Shown here piece after piece: positions 47,419-57,038 of a stretch of DNA of 64,000 nt; the first letter of the stretch is position 1, and every line of letters begins with the position of its first letter. Source of the DNA: Candidatus Avelusimicrobium pullarium (GTDB lineage: Bacteria > Elusimicrobiota > Elusimicrobia > Elusimicrobiales > Elusimicrobiaceae). Both the position numbers and the translations under genes were made by a program. The stretch lies in assembly GCA_944323745.1 (NCBI GenBank), contig CALUTQ010000001.1:484863-548862 (forward strand), in the 5' to 3' direction. Under the pieces are notes generated by a model. The model saw only the letters and a program-made list of their open reading frames with translations. It ran no database searches and was not told the origin of the DNA.

Positions 47419-48027
47419 TTATTTGGTGAGTTCTTCTAAATATTTGCCCAATTTACGGAAGGCTTTTCCGCGGTGGCTGACGGCATTTTTGTCCGTTTCC
47501 GTCATTTCGGCCAGCGTCTTGCGGGAGCCGCCCACAATAAACAGCGGGTCATAGCCAAAGCCGTTTTCGCCGCGGTATCCAAAGCCGATAAAACCGTCCA
47601 GAACTCCTTCAAAGCTTAGGGTCTTTCCGTGCGGAACGGCCAAACAGGCTATCGTGCGGAAGCGGGCCGCGCGTTTGCCTAAAAAAAGCCCTTCCAATTC
47701 ATTTAAAAGTTTACGGTTATTGTCTGCCGCATCGGCATATTCGCCGGCGTAACGGGCCGTGTGCACACCGGGGCGGCCGTTTAAAAATTCCACTTCCAAA
47801 CCGGTATCATCGGATACAGCCGGCAGGCCGGTTTCATTGGCGGCATATACGGCTTTTATGCGGGCATTTTCCTGCAGGGTGTTGCCGTCTTCGGGGGGCA
47901 TTTTCAGCCCGCCGACGTCGGCCAAACTTACATATTCAATATCCTCCCCCGTCTGCGTGCGGCGGGGGAGGATATCTGTAATTTCTTTGAATTTATGTTC
48001 GTTTCCGGTAGCAATTAAAATTTTCAT
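47419..48027 (-). CDS. rdgB: dITP/XTP pyrophosphatase (RdgB/HAM1 family)
   Basis: MKILIATGNEHKFKE N-terminus (start at 48027, M31 of the track ORF). FGYDPLF motif. Confidence 0.85.
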   Translation of the reverse strand: MKILIATGNEHKFKEITDILPRRTQTGEDIEYVSLADVGGLKMPPEDGNTLQENARIKAVYAANETGLPAVSDDTGLEVEFLNGRPGVHTARYAGEYADAADNNRKLLNELEGLFLGKRAARFRTIACLAVPHGKTLSFEGVLDGFIGFGYRGENGFGYDPLFIVGGSRKTLAEMTETDKNAVSHRGKAFRKLGKYLEELTK

Positions 48028-48029
48028 TC

Positions 48030-49352
48030 TTATTTGGCTACTTTCATTTGGGCTACTTGGTTGACCAAGTTTAAGGCCACTTTGTACGCCTTGAACATAT
48101 CTTCTTCGCTCAGCCATTCGGTAAAGGCGTGCGGGTTGTTCTGGCCGGTAAACACCGTATAGCCGCCAAAACCGTGTTTAGCCATAATCATAGCCGAGGT
48201 CGTACCGGCACGTTCCTGTTTCGGGTCGGGCGTTACGCCGGCGTCCGTCATCGCTTTAGAGAGCATATCATACGCTTCGGGTTTAACGCCGTAGGCCACA
48301 TTTTCGTACTGGCTGTTTACTTGCACGTCAATGGCTACGTCCAGCGCGTGGGAAAGGCTGTCCGCGGCGCGTTTAATGCGTTCAATATAGCGTTTGCCTT
48401 CAGCTTGGTCAAAATAGCGCAGGCGGAAATCTACCATATGAGTGTTTTCGGCTTGGTTATATTCAATATGGTGCGGTTCCACATAGCCCTGTTCGCCGCG
48501 GCTGTTGTTGGGCAAGTTGGCAGACGGAGCGGCCACGGCAATCAAATCGGCAATGGGTTTGGCCGAGTTGCGGTAGCCGTTTTCGGCCGCGTAAGACTGG
48601 TGCCCGTTAATGCCGTGCGCGGTAACCAAGACGCCGTAGGCCGAAAAGTTCGCCACCACCATTTCACCGTTTACGCCGCCGTCAAAGTCGTAGGCGTAGT
48701 CCGGATGATAATATTGCAGGTCCAAACGTTCGGCACTGCGGCCCACGTCTTCGTTGGGGGTAAGCACCACTTGGATCGGGCCGTGCGGTATTTTGGGGTT
48801 TTCGGCCAGCGTTTTGAGCAAGGTCATCACAATAGTAACGCCGGCTTTATCGTCCGCGCCCAAGTTGGTGGTACCGTCGGAAGTGACGATGGTTTTGCCA
48901 ATCATATTGCGCAGGTACGGGTCGCTTTCAAAGTTAATCACGTGGTTGTTTTTAAGCGTGATAGGCTGCCCGTCATACTTTTCAATTACCTGCGGTTTTA
49001 CCCCGTTGCCGTTAATGTCCGGCGTAGTATCATAGTGTGCGCTGAAGCCCAGCACCGGCGCTTGGCGCTTTTTTAAATTGGAAGGAATATTGACGTAAAT
49101 GTATTTGTCGTTGGAAAAATACGTCGGGAAACCAAAACCTTTTACTTCTTCATACAAGGCATTGGCCATCTCTTCTTGTCCGGGTGTCATCCATTCCGCA
49201 TTGTAATCGCTCATACTGCCAATGGTTACATAGGACAGGAAACGCGGAATCATTCCCGCGCGGTATTTGTCTGCAATACTGCTTTGGGCAAAAACCGGCG
49301 CAGCGCTTAAAAACAGGGCTAGCGCGACGGAGTATGCCAGTAGTTTTCTCAT
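48030..49352 (-). CDS. secreted peptidase T-like M20B metallopeptidase (metal/catalytic motifs present)
   Basis: Signal peptide ending AAPVFAQ. AHYDTTPD, LGADDKAG, TPNEDVG and FDGG motifs align to PepT HxD, GADDKAG, DEEVG and VDGG. Confidence 0.7.
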   Translation of the reverse strand: MRKLLAYSVALALFLSAAPVFAQSSIADKYRAGMIPRFLSYVTIGSMSDYNAEWMTPGQEEMANALYEEVKGFGFPTYFSNDKYIYVNIPSNLKKRQAPVLGFSAHYDTTPDINGNGVKPQVIEKYDGQPITLKNNHVINFESDPYLRNMIGKTIVTSDGTTNLGADDKAGVTIVMTLLKTLAENPKIPHGPIQVVLTPNEDVGRSAERLDLQYYHPDYAYDFDGGVNGEMVVANFSAYGVLVTAHGINGHQSYAAENGYRNSAKPIADLIAVAAPSANLPNNSRGEQGYVEPHHIEYNQAENTHMVDFRLRYFDQAEGKRYIERIKRAADSLSHALDVAIDVQVNSQYENVAYGVKPEAYDMLSKAMTDAGVTPDPKQERAGTTSAMIMAKHGFGGYTVFTGQNNPHAFTEWLSEEDMFKAYKVALNLVNQVAQMKVAK

Positions 49353-49488
49353 AATATTCTCCTGTTGTGAAAATGTTCAAAGAAGTATTATCTGTGCTTT
49401 CACAACTTTATTCTAATTAATCGCTTTTACTGCGCACAAGGGCCAAAAGACCTATTTTTTTTGTGGGCCTGTATTTGGAAAATGCCTC

Positions 49489-49518
49489 AAAAAAACCCGC
49501 CGTATGCGGCGGGTTTTA
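49489..49518 (-). terminator. terminator after the second PepT-like gene
   Basis: On the minus strand, ACCCGCC-N6-GGCGGGT followed by T7. Confidence 0.7.
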
Positions 49519-49536
49519 ATAAATGTTTGCGCTTGT

Positions 49537-50886
49537 TTACGGTGCAGGTTGCGCCGGCAGGCCGGCCCAGCCGTTTGCCAGGGAAATTAAGCTGCGCAAG
49601 GAAGCTTCCATAATATCCGTATCGGCATATTCCAAAATGCTGTTGGGATGAAAGACGCCGCAAAAAACACTGACGGAAGGCAAGCCGCGTTCGGTAAGCA
49701 GCGCCGCTGCGTTGGGGCCGCGCTGGGCCAGCGGTTTGGGGGTAATATCTTCTTGGCGGAGCGCATTTTGCATTTGGGTTATTACCTGCGGGGCAATAAG
49801 CTCTTTAGCGTTTTTAAATTCATCCTGCCACGTAAGCTGCATAGGGCCGGCTTTCTGGTTCATTGCTTTTACCGTGTTGAACGCCTGCGTCACCAGTCGG
49901 GCCAGTTCCTGCATTTCCTCTTGGCTAAATGCCCGCACAATGCCGCTGACTTCGCTGCGGTTGCCTTGCGTGGTTATATTTTCCACCAAGATAAATCCGC
50001 GGCGGTCGGCGGTTGTTTCCGGCCGGCGTTGACGCGGCAGCAGCGTGTGAAAGTCGGAAGCCATCAGCAGGTTGTCTGCATAGGCGGAATTCATTGCTTG
50101 GCCCAAATCGGCGTTGCGGTTGCCTTCAAACACGGCATTAAAAGCGCGGGAATTAAAGTTCTCCATCACTATTTCGCCCAAGTTCGCCCCGTTGACGATA
50201 TAGGCATAGTCGGCCCCCAAGGAGGCAATGTCCAGCTCGGCAGGGCCCCGGCCGCTGGCGTGGTCGGGAATAAAAACAATTTTAATCGGGCCGTGTTCTA
50301 TGGAAGGGTGCCCCAGCAGATAGTCGGCCAACGTCATAATGACGGCTATGCCGGCTTTGGGGTCGGCCCCCAAGACGGTATCGCCCGAGGCGGTAATTAA
50401 ATCGTGGCTGCGTGCATCTAAAAGCTGCGGGCTGTTATATTCGGTGAGGCGGATGTTTTTTTGCGCGTTGATGACAATATCGCCGCCATTGTATTTGGCG
50501 ACCGTTTTCGGCTGCACGTTTTTGGCGCTGAGCTGGGGGGTGGTGTCCAAATAAGCAATAAAAGCGATTGCGGCTGACGGTTTGGTCGTGGTGGGTGCGA
50601 TATCAGCTGTTACAATGGCGTTTTTGGCTGTTTTTACGTTGCTGGCGCCAATATTTTTAAGTTCTTTTGCCAGGGCTTTGGCAAAGGCGGTTTGACCCTT
50701 GCTGGAGGGCACTTTGTCTGCCGCGGGGTCGGCCTGCGTGTCGTAAGCGGCGTATTTGGTCAAGCGGTCGGCCAAGGCGGTTTTGGCGGCTTGTTTGTCG
50801 TAGCGCATAATCGCTTTCCAGTTCTGTTGGGCCGCGGCGCAAAGCGGCAGCAGCAGAACGGCCAGAACGGTGCAGATTTTTCTCAT
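49537..50886 (-). CDS. secreted peptidase T-like M20B homolog with degenerate active-site motifs (probable pseudo-peptidase)
   Basis: Signal peptide ending PLCAAAQ. Aligns to the neighbouring paralog, but reads AYLDTTP (His to Tyr), LGADPKAG (Asp to Pro), IPDHASG (Glu-Glu/Glu-Asp to His-Ala) and IVNGA (Asp to Asn). Confidence 0.65.
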   Translation of the reverse strand: MRKICTVLAVLLLPLCAAAQQNWKAIMRYDKQAAKTALADRLTKYAAYDTQADPAADKVPSSKGQTAFAKALAKELKNIGASNVKTAKNAIVTADIAPTTTKPSAAIAFIAYLDTTPQLSAKNVQPKTVAKYNGGDIVINAQKNIRLTEYNSPQLLDARSHDLITASGDTVLGADPKAGIAVIMTLADYLLGHPSIEHGPIKIVFIPDHASGRGPAELDIASLGADYAYIVNGANLGEIVMENFNSRAFNAVFEGNRNADLGQAMNSAYADNLLMASDFHTLLPRQRRPETTADRRGFILVENITTQGNRSEVSGIVRAFSQEEMQELARLVTQAFNTVKAMNQKAGPMQLTWQDEFKNAKELIAPQVITQMQNALRQEDITPKPLAQRGPNAAALLTERGLPSVSVFCGVFHPNSILEYADTDIMEASLRSLISLANGWAGLPAQPAP

Positions 50887-50942
50887 AAAAGCTCCTTATA
50901 AAAACCGGACGGTCAGCCAAGCACCGTCCGGTTAAATGTGGT

Positions 50943-53660
50943 TTAAGCCAAGTCCGCCAAGGCGGCCTGTGCCTGCGTCAGCAGGGTTTCGGCCGCGGCC
51001 AGTTCGGCCTTGGTTTTGTCAATTTGCTCCTGCGGAGCGTGTTTGATAAAGTTTTCCTGAGACAGCCGCGCCTTGCGCGAAGCAATGTTGGCCTGTGCGG
51101 CGGCGATGTCTTTTTCCAGCCGTTTCTTTTCTTTATCAAAATCAATCAGCCCCGTCAGCGGGACGTAAATGGCAATTTTGCCGAACGTGGCGGTAGCCGT
51201 TTGTTTGGGTTTGGCCTGATTGACGCCGATTTGCAAATCGTCAATTTTAGCCATCAGTTTCACGTAGCCTTCCTGCTCGCGCACAACGGCTAAGTCGGCT
51301 TCGTCTGCAGCGCTGAGCACAGCCTTGATTTTAAGGCCCGGCGGCACGTTAAACTGGGCGCGGATGGTGCGTATTTCTTTTGTTACACCTTGCACCGTTT
51401 CCATTTTTTTGACGGCCTGCGGGTTAAGCAGGGAAGCGTCAAACTCCGGATATTTCTGCTGCAGCAAGAACTCGGCCTTTTCGTCCACATACGGGCGCAG
51501 GCTGGCGGCAATTTCTTCGGTGATGAACGGAATGAGCGGGTGCAGTGCTTTGAGCGTGCCGTACAAAATGTTGACGCACAAGGCCATCACATATTCTTTT
51601 TCCTGCGTTTGGAAGCGCTGTTTGGCCAGTTCAATATACCAGTCGCAAAAGTCGCCCCACAAGAAGTGATAGAGCGTATTGGCCGTTAGCGCGAGGTTGT
51701 ATTTTTCAATGCCTTCGCGGGCGGTTTTGATAGCCGTTTCGTAACGGTCCAAAATCCACTGGTCGGCCAGTTCTTTGGCCTGTTTGGGCATAGCCAAGGG
51801 GCCTTTGATGCCTTCCATATTCATTAAAATAAAGCGGGAAGCATTGTAAATTTTGTTGCAGAAATTGCGCGCGCCGGTGATGCTTTCTTCGGCGTAGGGA
51901 ATATCTTTGCCGGGCACCGCCTGCATCAGCAGCGAAAAGCGCACCGCGTCGGTGCCGTATTTGGCGGTCATATCCAAGGGATCAATGACGTTGCCCAGCG
52001 ATTTGGACATTTTCTTGCCGCGTTTGTCGCGCACGATGCCGTTTAAGAACACGTCTTTAAACGGCAGTTTGCCTTTAAACTCCAGCCCCATCATTACCAT
52101 ACGGGCTACCCACAGATACAAAATTTCATAGCCCGTAACCATAGACGTGGTGGGATAGAAATAGTTGAGTTCTTCGGTTTCGTCCGGCCAGCCGAAAACG
52201 GACATCGGCCACAGCGCCGAAGAAAACCACGTGTCCAGCACGTCGGGGTCTTGCACTAAATCGTGCCCGCCGCAAACGGGGCATTTTTCCGGTTTGTTAA
52301 AAGAAACAATCGGCTTGGCGCCGTCTTCAAAAGACACTTTGGTCAGCTGTTCTTTGCCTTGTTTGTCGGTAGCAAAGGTGAGGCCTTTTTCGCTGCAATG
52401 GCGGCAATACCACACGGGGATGCGGTGCCCCCACCAAATTTGGCGGGAAATGCACCAGTCCTGAATATTTTTGAGCCAGTTGACAAACGGCGTTTTCCAG
52501 CTGGCGGGGTGAAATTGCAGTTCGCCCGATTCGGCCGCGGCAATGGCGGGTGCGGCCAGTTTGTCCATCTTTACAAACCACTGCTCGCTCATAAACGGCT
52601 CAATGGCGTTGTGGCAGCGGTAGCAGGTGGAAACGGCATTGTTGTATTTTTCTTCTTTTACCAAAAGGTCTGCTTCTTGCAAATCTTTTACCGTTTCTTT
52701 GCGGCAGAGGTCGCGATCCATTCCGTTGTATTTTTCGGGGCAGTTAATCATCTTGCCTTTATCGTTAATAACGGTCATAATGGGCAGGTTGTGGCGTTGG
52801 CCCACTTCATAGTCGGTGGCGTCGTGCGCGGGCGTAATTTTTAAGGCGCCGGTGCCGAATTCCATTTCCACCGCTTCGTCTGCAATGACGGGTATGGCGC
52901 GGTTAGCCAGCGGGATGATGACTTTTTTGCCTACCAGATTTTTATAGCGTTCGTCTTTGGGGTTGACGGCAATGGCCGCATCGGCAAAAATGGTTTCGGG
53001 GCGGGTGGTGGCAATGACGACGCCTTCGCCGCCGTCTTCGCCTTTGTAGCGCAGATACCACAGTTTGCCGGCGTGCTGTTCGTGTTCCACTTCAATGTCG
53101 GAAAGGGCGGTAGAACAGCGCACACACCAGTTAATGAGGCGTTTGCCGCGGTAAATATAGCCTTTTTCCCACAGACGTTTAAAGCATTCGTAAACGGACT
53201 TGGCCCGTTTTTCGTCCATCGTAAAGCGGATGTTTTCGGGGGAGAGATCCAAACTCCAGCCCATTTTTTTAAATTGGTTGAAAATGGCGTTGCCGCATTC
53301 GTTATACCAGTCCCACACGGTTTGCACGAATTTTTCGCGGCCTAAATCGTGGCGGGAAAGGTGCTGTTCTTTGGCCAGCTTTTTTTCAATCACGTTCTGG
53401 GTGGCAATGCCGCCGTGGTCGGTGCCGGGCACCCAGTAAGCTTCCTGCCCGAACATACGGTGCGCGCGGATAAGTGCGTCCTGCAACGTGTCGTTAAGGG
53501 CGTGGCCCATATGCAAAGCGCCGGTGATGTTCGGCGGCGGAATGACGATAACAAAAGGTTTTTTAGATTTATCTACTTTGGCGGAAAAGAGCTTGGCTTC
53601 CTGCCATTTATTGACTAGTTTTTCTTCCACTTCTTTGGGTTCGTACGCTTTAGGCAGCAT
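50943..53660 (-). CDS. valS: valine--tRNA ligase
   Basis: 905 aa. HIGH-type PPPNITGALHMGH, KMSKS, CP1 editing domain, C-terminal coiled coil. Confidence 0.95.
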   Translation of the reverse strand: MLPKAYEPKEVEEKLVNKWQEAKLFSAKVDKSKKPFVIVIPPPNITGALHMGHALNDTLQDALIRAHRMFGQEAYWVPGTDHGGIATQNVIEKKLAKEQHLSRHDLGREKFVQTVWDWYNECGNAIFNQFKKMGWSLDLSPENIRFTMDEKRAKSVYECFKRLWEKGYIYRGKRLINWCVRCSTALSDIEVEHEQHAGKLWYLRYKGEDGGEGVVIATTRPETIFADAAIAVNPKDERYKNLVGKKVIIPLANRAIPVIADEAVEMEFGTGALKITPAHDATDYEVGQRHNLPIMTVINDKGKMINCPEKYNGMDRDLCRKETVKDLQEADLLVKEEKYNNAVSTCYRCHNAIEPFMSEQWFVKMDKLAAPAIAAAESGELQFHPASWKTPFVNWLKNIQDWCISRQIWWGHRIPVWYCRHCSEKGLTFATDKQGKEQLTKVSFEDGAKPIVSFNKPEKCPVCGGHDLVQDPDVLDTWFSSALWPMSVFGWPDETEELNYFYPTTSMVTGYEILYLWVARMVMMGLEFKGKLPFKDVFLNGIVRDKRGKKMSKSLGNVIDPLDMTAKYGTDAVRFSLLMQAVPGKDIPYAEESITGARNFCNKIYNASRFILMNMEGIKGPLAMPKQAKELADQWILDRYETAIKTAREGIEKYNLALTANTLYHFLWGDFCDWYIELAKQRFQTQEKEYVMALCVNILYGTLKALHPLIPFITEEIAASLRPYVDEKAEFLLQQKYPEFDASLLNPQAVKKMETVQGVTKEIRTIRAQFNVPPGLKIKAVLSAADEADLAVVREQEGYVKLMAKIDDLQIGVNQAKPKQTATATFGKIAIYVPLTGLIDFDKEKKRLEKDIAAAQANIASRKARLSQENFIKHAPQEQIDKTKAELAAAETLLTQAQAALADLA

Positions 53661-53757
53661 AATGATGTTCCTTCGGTTTTGAATTTGCGTGATGTGACTT
53701 CACGCGTAACCTATATATATTTTAGCAATTTAAGAGAGGCCAAGCCGCAAAGCCCTT

Positions 53758-53786
53758 AAAAAGCCCCCGGCTAAGCGGGGGCTTTT
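53758..53786. terminator. terminator after the eptA-like gene (bidirectional shape)
   Basis: A5-GCCCCCG-GCTA-AGCGGGGGC-T5, 3 nt from the stop codon. Confidence 0.7.
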
Positions 53787-53788
53787 TG

Positions 53789-55441
53789 TTAAGGCTTGCG
53801 GGGAAGGGGCATTAAGCGGCAGCTTTCAAAAATATCCAAATTTTTGTCGTAAGCGATGCTGTCCACTTCCATAAGCGACAATATAGAGTGAGAAAGGTTG
53901 TCGTGCGAAAAATGCTCTTTGGCGGCCTTTTCTTTTAAGCAGTCATAGTCCAAGTGATCAAACTTTTTCATATTTTCGCTCATCCACAGCACCATCGGTA
54001 CGGAAGTTTGTTCTTCCGGTGCGATGGAGTAAGGCAGCCCGTGCAGATACACACCGTTTTCGCCCAGCGATTCCCCGTGGTCGGACACGTATAAAAGGCC
54101 GCTTTCATATTCGGGGAATTTCTTAAGTATATCAATGACCGAAGATACAATATGATCCACATACAAGATGGTGTTGTCGTAGGTGTTTACAATTTGCTCT
54201 TGGGTGCAGGTTTGTATGTCTTCGGTATCACAAGTAGGCGTAAATTTTTTAAACTCCGGCGGATAGCGGCGGAAATAAGTGGGGCCGTGGCTGCCGATGG
54301 TGTGCAGCACAATAAAGGCGTGGTCGGACTTTAAGTTGGCTAAATAATCTTCCAGCCCTTCCAAAAGAATTTCGTCGTGGCAATAAGTCCCGTCGCAGAA
54401 GCGCTTGTCTTTTACGTCCATTTCTATATTGGGTATGCGCCGGCATACACCTTTGCAGCCGTTGTCGTTTTCTTTCCATAAAATGTCATAACCGGTTTGT
54501 TGTAAAAGGTCCAGCAGATTTTCGGTGTATTTGGCGTCGGTGGGGTTGAAATGTTTGCGGCCAGTGAAAGAAAAGATGGCCGGAACAGAAAAAGCCGTAG
54601 CCGTCCCTGCCGATTGTACGTGGGCGAAGTTGACAATATCTTGCTTTTTCAGTTTGGGGTTTGTTTCCCGTTCGTATCCGTTTAAAGAAAAGTTTTTGGC
54701 ACGGGACGTTTCGCCCAGTATCAGAATAAAAACAGTCTTAGCCTCGTCAGGGTACGGGACGTGCGCGGCATTTTCGTCCAAGCGGGTAAAGGGGCGTTTG
54801 TTTTGGTGTTCAATTTGAAAGTAGCGTGCCGTGGCATAAATATAGTTTAACGGAATAACCAAACGGCGAATTTGCTGGTTATTGCGCCCAAACGAAGCAT
54901 AGGTCTTATACACAAACGGAGTAAGCACCAGCAGACACAAGAGTAAAATACCGCAGCGTGCCAGACGGCCTGCCGTTTCTTTTAAAAAGGGTTTAAATGT
55001 AATGCGCACGCGGCTCAGCACCAAAGCCGGCAATATGCCCAGCACAAACAGCCAAGTAACCGAGCGCAGGGTGATGAGGTCTTTTACTTCCCCGGGGTTT
55101 GTTTCAAAGGTGTTGCGTATCATATCAGCGTCAATAAATACGCCAAACTGATAGGACAAATAATTGACCGCCGCAGAAACAATCAGCAATACAATAAACA
55201 GCGGTTTGCCCACATAAGGCAGCAGTAAAATGCTGAAGGACCAATATAATAAACTAAAGATTAAAACGGGAATAGAAAACAAAAATACCCAGTCCGACAA
55301 TCCGTTTAATTGTATGTGTGTAAAAATATAATGCCAGAAACTGATGTTTAAAAAAAGCAAAAAATAAGCGGCCAAAGCAGCCGTTAGTTTTTGGGAAGAT
55401 AACGTCGGTTTTTGCAAAAGGAGATGTAGTATTTTTTTCAT
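53789..55441 (-). CDS. phosphoethanolamine transferase (EptA/MCR-like, sulfatase superfamily)
   Basis: 550 aa. 5 N-terminal TM helices. Periplasmic sulfatase domain with candidate nucleophile Thr in SAGTATAFSVP and HGESLGENG. Confidence 0.8.
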   Translation of the reverse strand: MKKILHLLLQKPTLSSQKLTAALAAYFLLFLNISFWHYIFTHIQLNGLSDWVFLFSIPVLIFSLLYWSFSILLLPYVGKPLFIVLLIVSAAVNYLSYQFGVFIDADMIRNTFETNPGEVKDLITLRSVTWLFVLGILPALVLSRVRITFKPFLKETAGRLARCGILLLCLLVLTPFVYKTYASFGRNNQQIRRLVIPLNYIYATARYFQIEHQNKRPFTRLDENAAHVPYPDEAKTVFILILGETSRAKNFSLNGYERETNPKLKKQDIVNFAHVQSAGTATAFSVPAIFSFTGRKHFNPTDAKYTENLLDLLQQTGYDILWKENDNGCKGVCRRIPNIEMDVKDKRFCDGTYCHDEILLEGLEDYLANLKSDHAFIVLHTIGSHGPTYFRRYPPEFKKFTPTCDTEDIQTCTQEQIVNTYDNTILYVDHIVSSVIDILKKFPEYESGLLYVSDHGESLGENGVYLHGLPYSIAPEEQTSVPMVLWMSENMKKFDHLDYDCLKEKAAKEHFSHDNLSHSILSLMEVDSIAYDKNLDIFESCRLMPLPRKP

Positions 55442-55542
55442 AACAGGACCTCTTGACAGATATTATAATTTTACCAATATTCAAAAAGCTTTGCCGTATA
55501 ATCCTTTCTTTGGTGGAAAAGAAACACAAATTATGCGAAAAT

Positions 55543-55815
55543 ATGTATATGCAAGAAGATAAAAATATTATTTCTTCCTCCAAAGTGGTGGAGGCCGAAA
55601 TACTGGACGAAAATGGCCGTCCTGTCGGCGCGGCAGAGGACAGCGAAAAGCTGGAAGAACATATGGCCCGTGCCGGTTTTTTTGCCGGCTTTGTGGCTTT
55701 GGCTTTCAGCGTGATTATGATTTTGGTTACCGCCGTGGTAACCGTGTTTATTGTGTTGCCTTTAATGCTTTTGGGGCGAATTTTGGGGATGCAAATAAAA
55801 ACATTTCGCCGATAA
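55543..55815 (+). CDS. small hypothetical membrane protein
   Basis: ~90 aa counting from the ATG at 55543. Acidic N-terminus, then two hydrophobic segments. Followed by a terminator. No family recognised. Confidence 0.35.
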   Translation: MYMQEDKNIISSSKVVEAEILDENGRPVGAAEDSEKLEEHMARAGFFAGFVALAFSVIMILVTAVVTVFIVLPLMLLGRILGMQIKTFRR

Positions 55816-55824
55816 CCGAAACGA

Positions 55825-55852
55825 CAAAAAAGGCCCCCTATGGGGCCTTTTT
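55825..55852. terminator. bidirectional terminator
   Basis: A6-GGCCCC-CTAT-GGGGCC-T5. Confidence 0.75.
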
Positions 55853-55866
55853 GCTGCGGTATTGGG

Positions 55867-56625
55867 CTACAGGTAAAGTATTTTAAAACCCAACATCAGT
55901 TCCCAATCTTGCGAATATTTATTTCCGGCCAAGTGCCATCCGCCGCGCAGATAAATGGAGGAGCCCACATTGACCATTGTCCCCAGTTCAAACTCTCCTA
56001 TCAGTTCGGCCTCGCCGGGGTTCTGATAATCTACGGTGTAGCGGGGATCAAACTCAAAATACCATTCGTCCGGAAACATAAAACCGAAAATCATACGGTA
56101 GCGGCTTTCGTTAATGTCTTCGCGGTCGCTTTGACCTGCTACGGAAAAAATGTGACGGTATTCCGTTTCCATAAAGAACCAAGGGGTTAACTGCCAAACC
56201 AAAAACACCTCCGGCTCCAGCACTATTTTCCCGTCGCCCAAGCTGTCGTGGCTGGCAGTGGGCCAAACGATTTCTGCCCCGGCACCGTACGAAAATACTT
56301 TCTCAGGGGAATAGTCTGTATAAATAAAAGAAGTCATAATATCGCCCAAGCCTTTTTCGGAAATGTCACCTTTGCTGTAACGCGAAAGCGGAATTTCCGC
56401 GCCGAATTTCCAATGTCGGTTTAGTTTAAAGGTCGGCTTTATTTCCAGCGTAGCCATTGTTTCGTTGCGGCTGTCGTCTTTGGCTTTAAAGCGGGGCCTG
56501 AATTCCAACGAAGTAACGTTTTCCGTAGGCAGTACGCCGTGCACGTATACTTCTTCCTGCAATTGTGCGCAGGCCGGCAAAGCCCAAAACGCCAACACAA
56601 TACCACATAGTGTTCGTTTAAACAT
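55867..56625 (-). CDS. putative outer-membrane beta-barrel protein (MetA-pathway/transporter-like)
   Basis: Signal peptide MFKRTLCGIVLAFWALPACAQ (start at 56625). Alternating amphipathic strands. The family call is tentative. Confidence 0.45.
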   Translation of the reverse strand: MFKRTLCGIVLAFWALPACAQLQEEVYVHGVLPTENVTSLEFRPRFKAKDDSRNETMATLEIKPTFKLNRHWKFGAEIPLSRYSKGDISEKGLGDIMTSFIYTDYSPEKVFSYGAGAEIVWPTASHDSLGDGKIVLEPEVFLVWQLTPWFFMETEYRHIFSVAGQSDREDINESRYRMIFGFMFPDEWYFEFDPRYTVDYQNPGEAELIGEFELGTMVNVGSSIYLRGGWHLAGNKYSQDWELMLGFKILYL

Positions 56626-56795
56626 TTTTACTCCATAATAAGGGGATAAAGTTTGCGGCAGGGACTGCCGTAACTTATAAAGTTTATCAAAAAAATACTT
56701 GACCCTCAAATAAGAACGACGATAAACGGGTTTTATTTTTCAAACCGTTTTCAATTTGATATAATTTATATACTTCCTAAGGACAAACCTGTTTT

Positions 56796-56882
56796 GGAGA
56801 GGTGGCCGAGCGGTTTAAGGCACAGTCCTGGAAAGACTGCATACGGGAAACCGTATCGAGAGTTCGAATCTCTCCCTCTCCG
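56796..56882 (+). tRNA. tRNA-Ser (anticodon GGA)
   Basis: Hand-folded. Acceptor GGAGAGG/CCUCUCC. Anticodon stem CAGUC/GACUG with loop CUGGAAA. Long variable arm AUACGG-GAAA-CCGUAU. T-arm GAGAG-UUCGAAU-CUCUC. Discriminator G. Confidence 0.9.
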
Positions 56883-56908
56883 TATTTTAGTTTTGCTTTT
56901 CTTACAAC

Positions 56909-56950
56909 AATCCCCGTTCGGGTCATCTCCCGACGGGGATTTTCTTTTCT
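56909..56950 (+). terminator. terminator after tRNA-Ser
   Basis: AATCCCCGTTCGGG-N7-CCCGACGGGGATT (one bulge) followed by TTTCTTTTC. Confidence 0.7.
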
Positions 56951-57038
56951 ACAACCCATAGCATATACTTTTTGGCGGATTTTTCCGTTTTACGGACTTT
57001 TTTATAATTTTATGCTGTCTTTTTATTGAGGAAGTTGT

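Noticed and set aside
53661-53757. T-box or other leader upstream of valS.
   Set aside because: Only ~100 nt are available, and part of that is the eptA terminator. No specifier-loop or T-box sequence (AANNNGGGTGGTACCGCG-like) is visible.
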